Source: Narcine bancroftii
Lineage: Eukaryota
Length of the DNA: 64,000 bases
Direction of reading: 5' to 3'
Assembly: GCF_036971445.1 (NCBI RefSeq)
Contig: NC_091473.1
Location: 248,930,001-248,994,000, forward strand
Both the position numbers and the translations under genes were made by a program. The notes below the pieces were generated by a model. The model was given only the letters and a program-made list of their open reading frames with translations, was not told the DNA's origin and searched no databases. Within the stretch, counting starts at the first letter, position 1, and each line of letters begins with the position of its first letter. Positions 24,019-35,880 of the stretch are shown one piece after another.

Positions 24019-24386
24019 CAATGGTTTTTAAACTGCCCCCCCTAAACTCAAATGCCACCTTCAGCAATCCCCATGCCATGAGGATTGGCAAGGAATTGCT
24101 GAAGGTGACATGTGAGTGGAAAGAAAACGCTTGAAAACTGCTGTTTTAATTGTACCTAACTGACTCGTTATGTGCAGGGTTTCATAACTCCAAAGGAAAT
24201 GGGCCAATGACAATTTTTCTCAAGTAAAATATTTCAGTAATAATTGAGTCCAGAGCAGTGATTCTCAGCCTCCCCTTCCCACTCACATCCCACCTTCAGC
24301 AATCCCTTACCAATGACAGAGCACTTATGGTATAGGGATTACTTAAGGCAGAAAGTGAGTTTAGGGGGGCAGTTTGAAAATCATTG
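24019..24386. mobile_element. hAT composite MITE (spacer in reverse orientation)
   Basis: TIR caatggtttttaaactgccccc/gggggcagtttgaaaatcattg; same units and spacer as 10515-10890. Confidence 0.85.
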
Positions 24387-25087
24387 ATTTTCATTGATTG
24401 ATTGATGAATTCATTTCATTGATTGATGAACAAATTCACTCCTTACACAGACCCTAGAAAATTGGCCCCGCTCTTGTATTCTCTCCTTGGAAATGTTTTG
24501 CATAAATACTCCCCCATGCCAATATTAATCAGTGCCAGACTCGATCCTGCTTTATTCCATGGCTGCCTAAATGCAGGCTTTGCACAGCTGATCATGCTAC
24601 TTGGCTGCATCTGAAAGGAGAAATGCCAAGTAAACCATGCACAGTGAGTGATTATTTTCAGTTTCTTTCATGTAAACCAAAGCTTCCTAGCCACCAATGT
24701 GGCAATTTAACAGCTCTAAAAAATGTTCCTGAAGCATTCCTATTCCCTATTCTGCAAGGAGATGTCTCGGCATTGATGTGGGTCGGAAAGGATAAAGGAG
24801 GAAGAAGAACCAAAAGCATGGCTGACCTTGAAAAATGGATTGATAATAGGAGATGTGGACGTGTAGGGAACTTCTTGAGAACTTTGAAAAGCGGGAGCAG
24901 AGTAATCAACGGAAGAATGAAAGAGAGAAAAACGAGCAAATTCTGATACAAAAGGAATATGAAGCATGGAAGCAGGAGAATATCATTGAAGTGAATATGT
25001 TTGGGGAACAATTTCAGTTACAATGAGAATTCTGAGGCTACTACAATGTTTTTACGGACTGCAAAATTCTGACAATTGAAAACCAGC

Positions 25088-26095
25088 TGTTACGGGCCCA
25101 GAGAACCCGAAAACCCAGCAGCAATAGAAATTCACCAAGACAAATGGTTACTTAAACAAAAGTAGTTTTTCATTTTCTTTGAACATTAAAAAAAGGATCA
25201 AACTTTAACATTACTATTACCTTAACTTAACCCCCTTCTAATTCTAAGTGCACATGTATGTAATGTGTATAAGTTCAGAAAAGTTCTTTGATTCACAGTC
25301 CAATCTCACTTCTCACTCCTCCATGTTCACCAATATCAGGCAATTCTTATACTGTGCACAGAATTTAACATTTATGAATTTTCACCAAGCTCTGGTGTTT
25401 AAAAGTAATTGGTTATCACTCTGGAAGGTTCTTGTTGGTTTCAGAAAGAGATTCTTTGTTCGTCAGATACACACAAATCAGCCATTTCAGTGTCTGGCAG
25501 AAGAAATTTGCCCCATCGGGGTTTTGCAAATGATAACCTCTTCTTCTGCAGGTCACTGCAGACTTCCTGTTGTTTCCCTTATTTCAGGTGAAACTCTCTA
25601 GCCAGCCATTTTCTCTTGTATGGACCACAAGGGTTTTGACCAGGCTGAACTCAGAACTCACAACACGTCTTCATAATGGGATTTTTAAACAAACTGCCAG
25701 CTTGCCATGCTGCAGAAACCAGTTCTCTCTCTATCTCTTGGAGAAATTCTGTTTGGTCTCTTCTCTCTTTCTCTCTGCTTGCAAAACCACATGATCTTCT
25801 TAGAACAGCAAACTGCATCCAGACAGCTTGCGGAAATGTTCATCTACTGCTTTCAAAACAATAATCCATTACTCCACAGCATGTCCAATTAACACCTACT
25901 TGTGAAGTCCTTCAGCAAAGCAGTTTCCATGGTCTTTACAAAGGCACCAGGCCTGGAGTGTCTGGTTTGAGCAGAGCTCTTGCATTTTATATGAGATCTG
26001 TTTTGTGAAGTGTTTGTGGCCTACACTAAAACCTCAATCTAAGTCTTCCAAAAACATATCTATACATAATATAAAATATAATATAATCCATCACA
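25088..26095 (-). mobile_element. Solo LTR, ~1 kb, family A copy 2
   Basis: tgttacg...catcaca; 4-bp TSD cagc/catc (1 mismatch); colinear with 2277-3252; strand tentative. Confidence 0.8.
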
Positions 26096-26237
26096 CATCG
26101 TCAATCCAGCAGTACCAATAAAGGTGCTTACCAACAGCACTTTTGTCATGACATTAAGTTTTGGCCTCTATTGCCCATCTCCTCTTGGCCTTGCAAAGAA
26201 GTTGTCATGAACCATCCAAGAAAGGCGTTCATGTAAT

Positions 26238-26549
26238 ACAATCACTTTCTGGGAGACCTGTGTGGTTTCTATATATTGTGAACAATCTCCCAGGTTTTTT
26301 TAATGCATTTGATTCAAGCCCAACCAATAAATGTCATCGCTAGGGGAAGAAAGTGATAAGTATTTAGAAAGGAGAAAGAAAATAAAGAAAAATGTTTACG
26401 GAGAAGGCATAGTGGTTCTTTACAAAGCATATAGAGGAAATACTGTAGTAAAAAGTGCCTTTCATGGTTGGTTCGCGATCCATTTTCCCCAAAACAATGG
26501 GTTTTATTGTATGAAATTATCTTCATTGTTCTTGTTCAAAAAATGCACA
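26238..26549 (+). repeat. Local direct duplication, copy 1 (partner 29347-29656)
   Basis: Colinear ~310 bp with long identical blocks, e.g. gggttttattgtatgaaattat and ttcattgttcttgttcaaaaaatgcaca. Confidence 0.9.
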
Positions 26550-26862
26550 TGGAAAAATTATGAATGAATGCCTCTATAGCCAATCACTAATACTGCCATT
26601 ACAACCAACTGGACTGTGCTGTGCTTAGTTTGAGGATTTTCTTGAAGCAACATTAACAATTTGATGCAATACGTTATTTTTAAAATACATCAATAGTATG
26701 TTCGCAGCAGGAGAAATATCTATTGTGGAGTGGCACAATAAATAGTGCTACTACCTCACAGCTCCAAGAGGCAGACTTCTCAGTGGTAATGCTACTGAAA
26801 CCCATCCAGAATAGATATATAAGCATTTCCTTATAAGTTTCCCGCATGGTTAGCATAGCGGT

Positions 26863-27078
26863 TAGCACAAAGCTGTTACAGCAGCGATCAGGACTGGGGT
26901 TCAAATTCCACGTTATCACTAAGGAGTTTGTATGTTCTCCCCGTGTCTGTGTGCATTTCCTCCAGGCACTCCAGTTTCCTTTCACCATGCAAAAACGTAC
27001 CAAAGGTTGGAGGTCAATTGGGTGTAATTGGGCGGCACGGGCTCGTGGGCCGAAAGGGCCTGTTACCATCCTGTACGT
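26863..27078 (+). mobile_element. tRNA-derived SINE
   Basis: gcatggttagcatagcggttagc...ggggttcaaattcc...ggcacgggctcgtgggccgaaagggcctgtt. Confidence 0.85.
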
Positions 27079-27859
27079 ATGCAGGGTCCTTTGACGGGTG
27101 ATACAGGGCAACTTCTTTTCAAGGGCAAGCAGAGATGGACAATGAAGGCCAAAAATTAATTGAATGACAAAAATGATTGATGATCTTATCCAAGCCTAGT
27201 ATTAACAGCTGACAGTCTAATAGTCAAGCTAAATTACACTCAACTAAGCAATTGATATGATGGTTATAGGTTAGTGGAGGAAAACACCTGAAGTCTGAAC
27301 ATAGGATGCCTGCCAACTCTGTCAAAACAGAAATTTTGCAATGCCACAGAAAGCATTTAATTGGAGATATCTACCAACAGAGCTGGACAGAATACAGGAA
27401 GCAAATGTGCATTAGCAAAGATCACCAAGTCCTAGGTGATTCAGCAACTGTGTCATTCCCCTTGAGCATGCATTAATTCAACTCCCTCACACATTGCTGC
27501 AAGCAAAAATTTTAGTCAGAAGGTACAAAAGGCAATTATTCATTAACATTGTTGAGATTTAATTTCAACTAGATACTGTCCCAGTGGCAGCTTGGCTTTC
27601 TTTGGTTGATAGCTCTCTTGCCTCTGAGTCATAATGTTGTGGGTTCAAGGCCTACTCTAGATGTGGAATACATAATATATGTCCATAATTGAATATACAG
27701 TATTAAGAGTGACAGAGATAACATTCTACTAAGTTAGGAAAGTGGGGGCCAATCAATCTGCTCAGGTAATGTTAAATATTAGCATTTCAGAGAGCAACAG
27801 GAAAACTTCCATTGTTTTACCAACAATTTACCAAAGACTTATTATACAGAAGATAAGGA

Positions 27860-28940
27860 TGCATAGAGTTGGGGGTTGTGTGTTAACATGGATAGAGGAT
27901 TGATTAACCGATAGAAAACAGAGAGAACATTTTTATGGTTGGTAATCAGTGGTGAGTTGGGCCCACACAGTAATCATAAACCATCTGACAGAGGGGACAG
28001 AGAATTGTATTTCAAAGTTGAAGAGCAAATTGTGCAGAGGATACGGAGAGTCTGCAGTGAGTGGGCAGGGGTCTGCCAGATGGAGTACATTGTTGGTAAT
28101 TGTGAAGTTATCCACTTTGGAAGGAAAATGAAAGATCAGAATACTATTTAAATGGCAAGTGATTTGTTGCACGCTGCCATGCAGAAGGGCTTGGGAGTGC
28201 TTGTGCATGAATTGCAAAAGGTTGGTTTGCAGGTGCAGCAGGCTATGAAGAAAGCAAATGGAATGTTGGCCTTCATTACTAAAGGGATGGAATTTAGGAG
28301 CAGGGAAGTTATGCTGCAACTATAGAAGGTATTGGTGAGGCCATCTCACGTATACCATCTGGCGTACTGCAAGCAGTTCTGGTCTCCTTACTTGAGGAAG
28401 GAAGTAAAACACAAAAGTCGTGGTTGAAGTTGAAATGGTTGAAAGATCTACTGGCTTTGGAGGTGATGTAGAGAAGGTTCACCAGGTTGATTCCAGAGAT
28501 GAAGGGGTTAGCTTATGAGGAAAGATTGAGTTGTCTGGGACTGTACTCACTCAAATTTGAAAGATTGAGAGAGGATCTAATAGAAACATATATTATAAAA
28601 AGCATAGATAAGTTAGAGGTAGGTAAGTTGTTTATATTGGTAGGGGAGACCAGAACTAGGGGACATAGTCTCAAGATTCAGTAGAATTAGGATGGAGAGG
28701 AGGAGGAACTGCTTTTCCCAGAAGGAGGTGAATATGTGGAATTTGCTGCCCATTGAAGCAGTGAAGGCTACAGTAAATATATTTAAGACAAGGTTGGATA
28801 GATTTTTAGTAGTAAGGAAATTAAAGAATATGGGGAAAAGGCAGGTAGGTGCATAGGAGTCTATCATCAGATCAACCATGATCTCATTGAATGGCGGAGA
28901 AGGCTCGATGGGCTGGGTGGCCGACTATTTCTTGTTCTTA
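27860..28940 (+). mobile_element. CR1 LINE 3' fragment with internal deletions
   Basis: WIED.LTDRKQR, QMEY...CEVIHFG, MKGLAYEERLSCLGLYSL..RLREDLIETY; tail cagatcaaccatgatctcattgaatggcgg. Confidence 0.9.
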
Positions 28941-29346
28941 TTTAGTTATTGTTGTCAAGTTCCTATTGACACAGAAAAAAGTCACTGCCACATTTGACTA
29001 CAATAACAAGTTTTCCCACATCTCAGAAAGCAGTTCCTTTATAAATACAAAGGGAAAGGATCTGTGACCCATTTCAAAAAAGCAGGCCTGCATTTCCTGC
29101 GAAGGTTTAATCTTTATTTCAGTGTTGTTCCTTTTCCTCTGTACTTTGGTGACAGGAGATCTGGAGTTGCTAATTGTTTGGCTGCATTAGGCAGAGTCCC
29201 TCTCTCACACAACTGAATAGAATTTCACAGTGGCAATTAAAAGTTTTATTACAAAAGGGTTTTTTTTTCCCCAACACTATTTAATCGCAATCAACCATTC
29301 CCTCACCACCCCACTCGCTGACCTCAGATTCACCATCCATTGAAAA

Positions 29347-29656
29347 ACAATCACGTTCTGGGAGATCGTGTGGTTTCTATATATTTTAAATAATCTCCCA
29401 GTATTTTTTATCACAGTTGATTCAAGCTCAATCAATAAATGTCATCACAAGGGGAAGAAAGTGACAAGTATTTAGAAAGGAGAATGAAAGAAAATAAAGG
29501 GAAATGCTTAAAGAGAAGACAAAGTGGTTCTTTACAAAGCGGTCGTCGGAAATAGTAAAAAGTGCCTTTCATGGTTGTTTGGAGATCCATTTGCCCGAAA
29601 CTAATGGGTTTTATTGTATGAAATTATATTCATTGTTCTTGTTCAAAAAATGCACA
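29347..29656 (+). repeat. Local direct duplication, copy 2
   Basis: See 26238-26549. Confidence 0.9.
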
Positions 29657-30469
29657 CAACCACTTCTTTGCCTCTTGTAGGCAGTGAAAAGGGAAGTATT
29701 TGGAAAACAGAGATTAGAATTCAGAGCACATTCAATGAGTTGTATTGCAGGGCAGTTTGACATTATTCAAAATACTCAGTTTAGCTATGAGATAATTTCC
29801 CATATTCCATGAAAGGATTAATGAAAAGTGCAAACTTAGATTCAAAATTACAGAATAAAGTAACTCAGCAAATTATGGTTTCTACCATTCTACCATTGAT
29901 TTTTTTTCCCCAGAGTGAAACATGAAAAGAACCAGTTTTGAATTGTTTTGCATCACATAGATAAGTTAATTGGACACTTCCCAGCATCGGACTCTTGCAC
30001 TCCAGTGTAATTTCTGAGTGATGGTCACATGGGTTTAAACATTCAGTTTTGAGTGTGTAACCAATTATACTGTATCATGCATAACCCTGTGATCATGTTG
30101 TGCTGTAGGCATTTGTTGGGACAACTGGTGGCTATCAAAATGAGTAAAATATTTATCTATTACCTTGAGCCTCAATGCCCTGAACTAAAATAACCCCTTC
30201 CAACAATGCACCCCTCCTGAACTCCTGCACCGTCCTACCCCAACCAATAAGCCACGATTCTGCTTCCTCCCCCAACACACATCCAATCTCCAAACGCTTC
30301 AAAACATTCCCATTGATGTTGGATATACTCCCTGTTCTTAATTTATCTAATCTTGGCTGCAAATAAATGATCAATTATGGACTGGACCATTGATGAAAAT
30401 AGCATTAGTGAATTTGATACATAAGTCTGTCAGATCACTTGTTTGAGTCAATGTAACCCAATATTACTC

Positions 30470-30798
30470 GTTGCATGGTCAGGTGGTCGGCGACTAAATC
30501 GGCTCCCCACCAGGCTTGCCTGAAGAGCAAGGGGCGGGGGGGGGGGGGGGGCTAGACACCCTGAAGAATGAAAAACAAGACCTGTCAAAAGGCATCCCTT
30601 GCATCAAAGCTTTTGGTCTGGCCATTCACTGCAACAGAACTTCCCCTACCGGGAGGGTGGGCCTGGACCTGTGCAACCCCTACTCACGCACATGCTGTTC
30701 CTTTCCGAGGAGTGGGGTATCCTCATACTAAACCCCACAAATTGACTGACAGGAACCATCATCATCCTATGGGATGGATGGCTAGAACATAAGAACAT
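30470..30798 (+). mobile_element. Possible bipartite RTE-derived non-autonomous element
   Basis: GC-rich 5'UTR-like segment (ggcgactaaatc...aaacaagacctgtcaaa) joined to a short RTE-like end (atcatcctatgggatggatggc) and a repeated agaacat tail; family assignment is from resemblance only. Confidence 0.45.
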
Positions 30799-31034
30799 CT
30801 CCATTCCAAAGCTTGTACTTTGAGTGACTATTTCATTTATTGTGTTTCATACACTATCCCATCCACAGGATATTGTTTGAGTCCTTGTTAGACATATCCC
30901 ACTTGCTTGAATTATGAGCAATACAACCTATATTGCCAAGTCTCCTGAGAACTATGCATTTAAAAACCATATTGCATGGCTGGTTTATACAAGTTTGACT
31001 ATTTCAGTGTTCAATCAGTTTCAGTAAATTTTTA

Positions 31035-31277
31035 AACTTAAATTTAGACATACAGCACGGTAACAGGCCATTTCGGTCCCCGCGTCTGTGCCACCAAATT
31101 TGCACCCAATTAACTTACATCCCCAGCACGTTTCAAACGATGGAAGGAAACCGGAGCTCCCGTGGAAAACCCATGCAGACACGGGGAGAACGTAAAACTC
31201 CTTAAAGAGAGAACGGCATTTGAACCCCAGTCCCAATCACTGGATCTATAAAGGTACTATGCCAACCGTGCTACCCC
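31035..31277 (-). mobile_element. tRNA-derived SINE
   Basis: Reverse complement of the 10189-10430 family. Confidence 0.85.
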
Positions 31278-31939
31278 TTCTGAAATTCTGTGGTTTAATG
31301 ATGCCATATATTTGATTCCATAGTGATATATCAAAAACCAGCCATTGCCAATCTTCTTTTTTTGGTTACGTGCCCCACCTTCCAGGACTCTGTTGAAAGT
31401 TTATGGGTCCCCTTCCCTGTGAAGCAGTCAAGTTTTGGTTTCTCCCATATTTTTCTCCTATTAACTAAGTTAAAAAAAAAACATTTTAAAAAATTTGTTA
31501 TGTGAGGTGAAAAGAAAACAAGGCTGTTAACAACTAAGATGTGCCCCAGGAGGTCGAAAGCCCCCTGTTGATCTAAACTGTAAATACACATTAAGGAATC
31601 AAACTCTCGTATGAGTAATCCATATTAGTTTCTGCACATTAAATTTACTCTAATTCTAAGTTTATAGAAACACGAATGATGGTAAAAAATAATCTCTTTC
31701 TTGGACTGAGGTTGTGGAAGAACTAACTGAAGAGATGTGAACAAGATCTGCAGATGCTGTGATCAGAATTAAAAATAGGAACCAATATTTCTGTTCTAGG
31801 TATGTGAGAAAATCTTACTTAACCAAAGTTTGCTTATCAATGGGAACAATATTTGGAACCTAGTTAGACTGCATCTCAGAGATGGATATTTCCTGACATC
31901 ATTCCCTTAGGGATACGTGGGAATTCTCAGTAACATAAA

Positions 31940-32290
31940 GGCAGTTAGCATGACTCTTTCTTTGTTCTTTGGCTTGGCTTCGCGGACGAAGATTTATGGA
32001 GGGGGGTAAATGTCCACGTCAGCTGCAGGCTCGTTTGTGGCTGACAAGTCCGATGCGGGACAGGCAGACACGGTTGCAGCGGCTGCAGGGGAAAAATGGT
32101 TGGTTGGGGTTGCATGACTCTGTGGCAGCGTCAATGACCCAGGTTCGAATTCGGCGCTGTCCGTAAAGAGTTTACATGTTCTTCCCCGTGTCTGCATGGA
32201 TTTCCTCCGGTTTCCTCCCACCCTCCAAAATATAGGTTAATTTGGGTGTAATTGGCCAGCGCGTGTAGAATTGGCTTCTATCATGTTTAA
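31940..32290 (+). mobile_element. tRNA-derived SINE interrupted by an RTE insertion
   Basis: gcagttagcatgactct | gtggcagcg...ggttcgaattc...gttcttccccgtgtctgc. Confidence 0.75.
31958..32111 (-). mobile_element. RTE/BovB-like LINE, 5'-truncated (154 bp)
   Basis: Encodes C-terminal FPCSRCNRVCLSRIGLVSHKRACS*; 10-bp TSD gcatgactct (31948-31957, 32112-32121). Confidence 0.9.
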
Positions 32291-32739
32291 ATAAATATCA
32301 CTTTTCAATCTACCACAAGAAAATGTTCTGTGGAAACTGCAAAATATAAAAAATGATTTCATTGGAACAAGAATCTGATAAACATGGAACAGCGCAATCT
32401 GTTTTTTGTCAAAATGTGAAACTTCAATCTAGATATTATAGAGAGTGATAGAAATCCCTGCTGCTAAAAGTCATTGAGATACATTTTCATTATCCATGTC
32501 TGAGCCGGAGACTGGCAGGATAGATTGACAATCCTTGCCGAGAATACACCTGATGTCATTTATTTCAATGGACTGGAAACAGGATCTCTAAAGGTAATTC
32601 TAATTGTCAGAATTGTAAAAAGAAGGGGGAAAGTAAGTAGGTCAAAGGCTGGGTATCCTGTGGCAACTGATTTATCTGATCCATCAAAGCTTTCTCATCA
32701 TCTCAGTCTTCAATGTCATGCTTTTTTGTCCTCATTAAG

Positions 32740-32869
32740 TTGCACAGAACCAACAGACACTTGCTGCACACATTCTGCTTACACAAATCAGTGGACCTTC
32801 ATTCATTTATTCTCCTCTTCAAGAAATCGTGAAAGCATCGTCTGATATTTGTTTACAACACAGGATGTG
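32740..32869 (+). other. Candidate exon (unidentified)
   Basis: cttttttgtcctcattaag acceptor and TG|gtaaga donor; single open frame AQNQQTLAAHILLTQISGPSFIYSPLQEIVKASSDICLQHRM. Confidence 0.3.
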
Positions 32870-32989
32870 GTAAGAATGTGGAGCAATAGTAAAACATTAT
32901 CAAAATGGATCTGAGCTGTGTTATAGTTTCTGATCTCTTGAACTTCATGATAACATCATTTTTAACTGATTGTAAACCATTAGCATCTC

Positions 32990-33602
32990 AAGTCAAGTCA
33001 GGTCACCTTTACTGCTCACACAGTAAAGACGAGATTGTGTTTCTCCAGGACCACGAAGCATATTTACATAAATAAAAATGAAAAGTTAAACATTGAAATA
33101 TTAATAAAATAAGTTGTATACAGTAAAAGTCCATGGTACACTATCCACGTATGTTCTAGGAATTCAGGAGGCTGATGACTTAGGGGAATAAAAACTGTTT
33201 CCCAATTTGGTGCTGCAGTACCTCCTACCTGATGGTAGAAGGGAGAACAGTTTACGTGAGGGATGTGTGCAGTCCTTCACAATGTTTTTTGCCTTTTCTC
33301 TTGCATCGAGTGTTGTAGTTGTCCTTCATGGTAGGAAGAGAGCCCCAATGATCTTTTCTGCTAACTTCACTGTCCTCTGAAGGGTCTTGCGGTCTGAGGA
33401 GGTACAGCTTCTAAACCAGAGAGTGATGCAATTGCACAGAATATTTTCAATACATCCTCTGAACAATGAAGTGAGGATGGGGGGTGGTAGATGGACTTCC
33501 CTCAGTATTAGCAAGAAGTAGAGGTGCTACTGGGCTATGGAGCTGGTATTAAGGGACCAGGTGAGATTCTCCACCAAGGGCACTCCAAGGAACCTGATAC
33601 TC
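32990..33602 (-). mobile_element. Rex1/Babar LINE 3' part (continues at 34863-34975)
   Basis: FLGV...FRGCIENILCNCITLWF...LQRTVKLAEKIIG; tail is reverse complement of tcaagtcaagtca. Confidence 0.85.
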
Positions 33603-34364
33603 TTTTTGAATATTTTATTTTTGATTTTCCAAGACTCATAAATTCAGGCAACAATACACATTGTTACAACACTTATGTATAACATACTGAGTCTGTTTCC
33701 CCTCCCTATACAAATACAAAGAAAACAAAAAAAAAGCACAAGTAGCAGTGAGGTCAACGACCCTTGCAAAAAACTGAGAGAAAAAAAGGTATTTAAATAA
33801 AAAGGGATAAGGGACAAAAAAAAAAGCTCGTTGTCTGCACCACATCCCACTTCTTTGATCCCAATTGTTTTCCTGCTGGAATGAGTTACTTAATTTTCTT
33901 TATTCCGAACGGGTGAAAATTATGTCTGTGTACCTATGAGTTTCAAATAGGGTTGCCACTCTCTAACTCTTCCTTAAATAGTACGAGATTTTCTCCAGGG
34001 GAATGCAATTCGTATAATATTTAGTTTGGAGTCAGACTTTCAAGTGATTGCTGTACATTTCCTGGCTACTGCCAAGGTGACCTTCTCAAACTGAATTTGG
34101 TACTTCGACAGTTTAAAACACGCATCAATAATGCTCGCCAGAAGATTCCGTATCTTGTGGAAAATCCACCTTCGTGTCCCGCAGGCCATCCCAGAAGGAT
34201 TTCACCTTTGTACACAGCCAGGTTGAATGGGTAAAGGTTCCAATCTCCACACCACACCTAAAGAACATTTCCAAAATTCCTGATTTAGATTTATGTAATT
34301 TCTGTGGTTTGAGGTACAGCTGATGCAAGAAATTATATATCCACCAATCTGTACCTGGCGTTAG
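33603..34364 (-). mobile_element. L1/Tx1-like LINE 3' end
   Basis: YNFLHQLYLKPQKLH...FFRCGVEIGTFTHSTWLCTKVKSFW; 3' end ...tcaaaaataaaatattcaaaaa. Confidence 0.85.
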
Positions 34365-34862
34365 CCAGGAAATGTATAGCGGTCACGTGGAAGTCGACTC
34401 CCAACTAAACATTACATGATGAAATATGGAGATGCTGTAGAAAACCACATACAATTTAAGGAGAAAATAAGACACATTTGTTAGGGTATGGCAGCCTTAT
34501 CTTCCATATAGTTACACCCCTTCTAAATAGAAGGTTAAAATCCATACTAATAGTGGAACAATTGAGATAAATGAAGAGGGTAGGGGTGCAGACGACATGC
34601 TCTTGTTTCTTATCTTTTTCCTTTTACTTATGTTACTTTGTGTTTACATTTGGTTCCTGTAAGGGTCTGTGACTCTATAGATTTTTGGTTTTTTTAATGT
34701 TTGTTTAATACACATAATCTTTCCCTTGTGGGAGAAAAGGGAGAGGGATGGGTGTGGTAAAAAGAATTTTGAATGTAATATATCATTGTTGATAAAGATT
34801 GTACTGTTGTTTTGTATTTGGGTGAGTCTTGGAAAATCAAAAATAAAATATTCAGAAAAAAA
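34354..34862 (+). mobile_element. L1/Tx1-like LINE 3' end (second copy, opposite strand)
   Basis: ALARKCIAVTWK...FVRVWQPYL; 3' end gagtcttggaaaatcaaaaataaaatattcagaaaaaaaa. Confidence 0.85.
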
Positions 34863-34975
34863 ATCCAATTGTGGAGGGAGGTGTTTAGACCCAGCAGGCT
34901 CAACTTCCCTATCAGGTACTGAAGAATGATGGTGCAGAATGCTGAAGTCAATAAACAGCATTCGAACACCATCTG
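34863..34975 (-). mobile_element. Rex1/Babar RT fragment (upstream part of the 32990-33602 copy)
   Basis: MLFIDFS...LIGKLSLLGLNTSLHNWI. Confidence 0.8.
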
Positions 34976-35014
34976 TCTTGAGAGTGACATAATCAATCTT
35001 TAGCTCTATATTGG

Positions 35015-35208
35015 TACATAAGAAGATAAGAAATAGGAGCAGGACTTGGAGTAGGCCATCCGGCTCATTGAGCCTGCTCTGCCATTCAGTCTGATCATGG
35101 CTGATCTAATGATAGGCTCATCTCCACCTACCTCCCTTTTTCCCCCATATGTAAAAATCTATCCAACCTGGTCTTAAATATATTTACTGAGGTCAACTCC
35201 ATTGCTTT
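35015..35208 (-). mobile_element. CR1 3' tail
   Basis: Reverse complement of the 28760-28940 type tail. Confidence 0.8.
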
Positions 35209-35637
35209 ATTTGAACACTTGAATGATTTAAGTTTCACACTGTTGTGTGAAAACTTGCCGAACTTCCTTCAAATTCTAAGACAATTACCTTGGTTGCTTA
35301 AGAAATAACTAATGAATTACAAAATCATCTCTGTGTGCATTGGGAGTGCTTTGCTTAATTCCATACAACAACTTGTTTCACGAGTGCAGCCACCAATGTC
35401 CATTTATGACGAGCTACTGAGGATGCAAAGATGGACAGTTTTGCTGACACAGTATGATTTCTTGATTTGACCATTGGCCTTCCAACCAAAACAAGATGGT
35501 TGATGCTTTAACCAGATTACCACGTTAGTTCCAGTGGAGACAGTGATAGCACAACTTTACACAGCTAATGGATAAATGACTTTCCAATCAGGCAACGCAG
35601 CAAGTCATGCTCCTGACATTTGCTGAAACATAAACCA

Positions 35638-35880
35638 GGGTGGCAAGGTTGGCATAGCCACGCCTGTACAGTGCCAGAAATTAGGAGCAGGGTTCAAATC
35701 CCGCGCTTTCTGTAAGGAGTTTGTACGTTCTGCCTGTGTCTGGATGGGTTGTCCCAGGGGGCTCTGGTTTCCTCCTACATTTTGGAACCTACCAGGGGTG
35801 TTGGTTAATTGGGTATAATTTGGGTGGCATGAACTCATGGGCCAAAATAGCCTGTTACCATGCTGTCTGCCTAAATTTAA
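35638..35880 (+). mobile_element. tRNA-derived SINE
   Basis: gggtggcaaggttggcatagc...gggttcaaatccc...ggcatgaactcatgggccaaaatagcctgtt. Confidence 0.85.

Noticed and set aside
2277-26095. One giant 24-kb LTR element bounded by the two family A LTRs
   Set aside because: Copy 2 has its own TSD, no shared TSD flanks the pair, and no PBS/PPT was seen next to them
31969-32166. Conserved small peptide recurring at three loci (PRQLQARLWLTSPMRDRQ)
   Set aside because: It is the antisense translation of the RTE 3' end
33603-34862. DNA transposon with ~32-bp TIRs
   Set aside because: The inverted ends are LINE 3' termini with polyadenylation signal and A-tail; each half encodes an L1-like ORF2 C-terminus; there is no TSD
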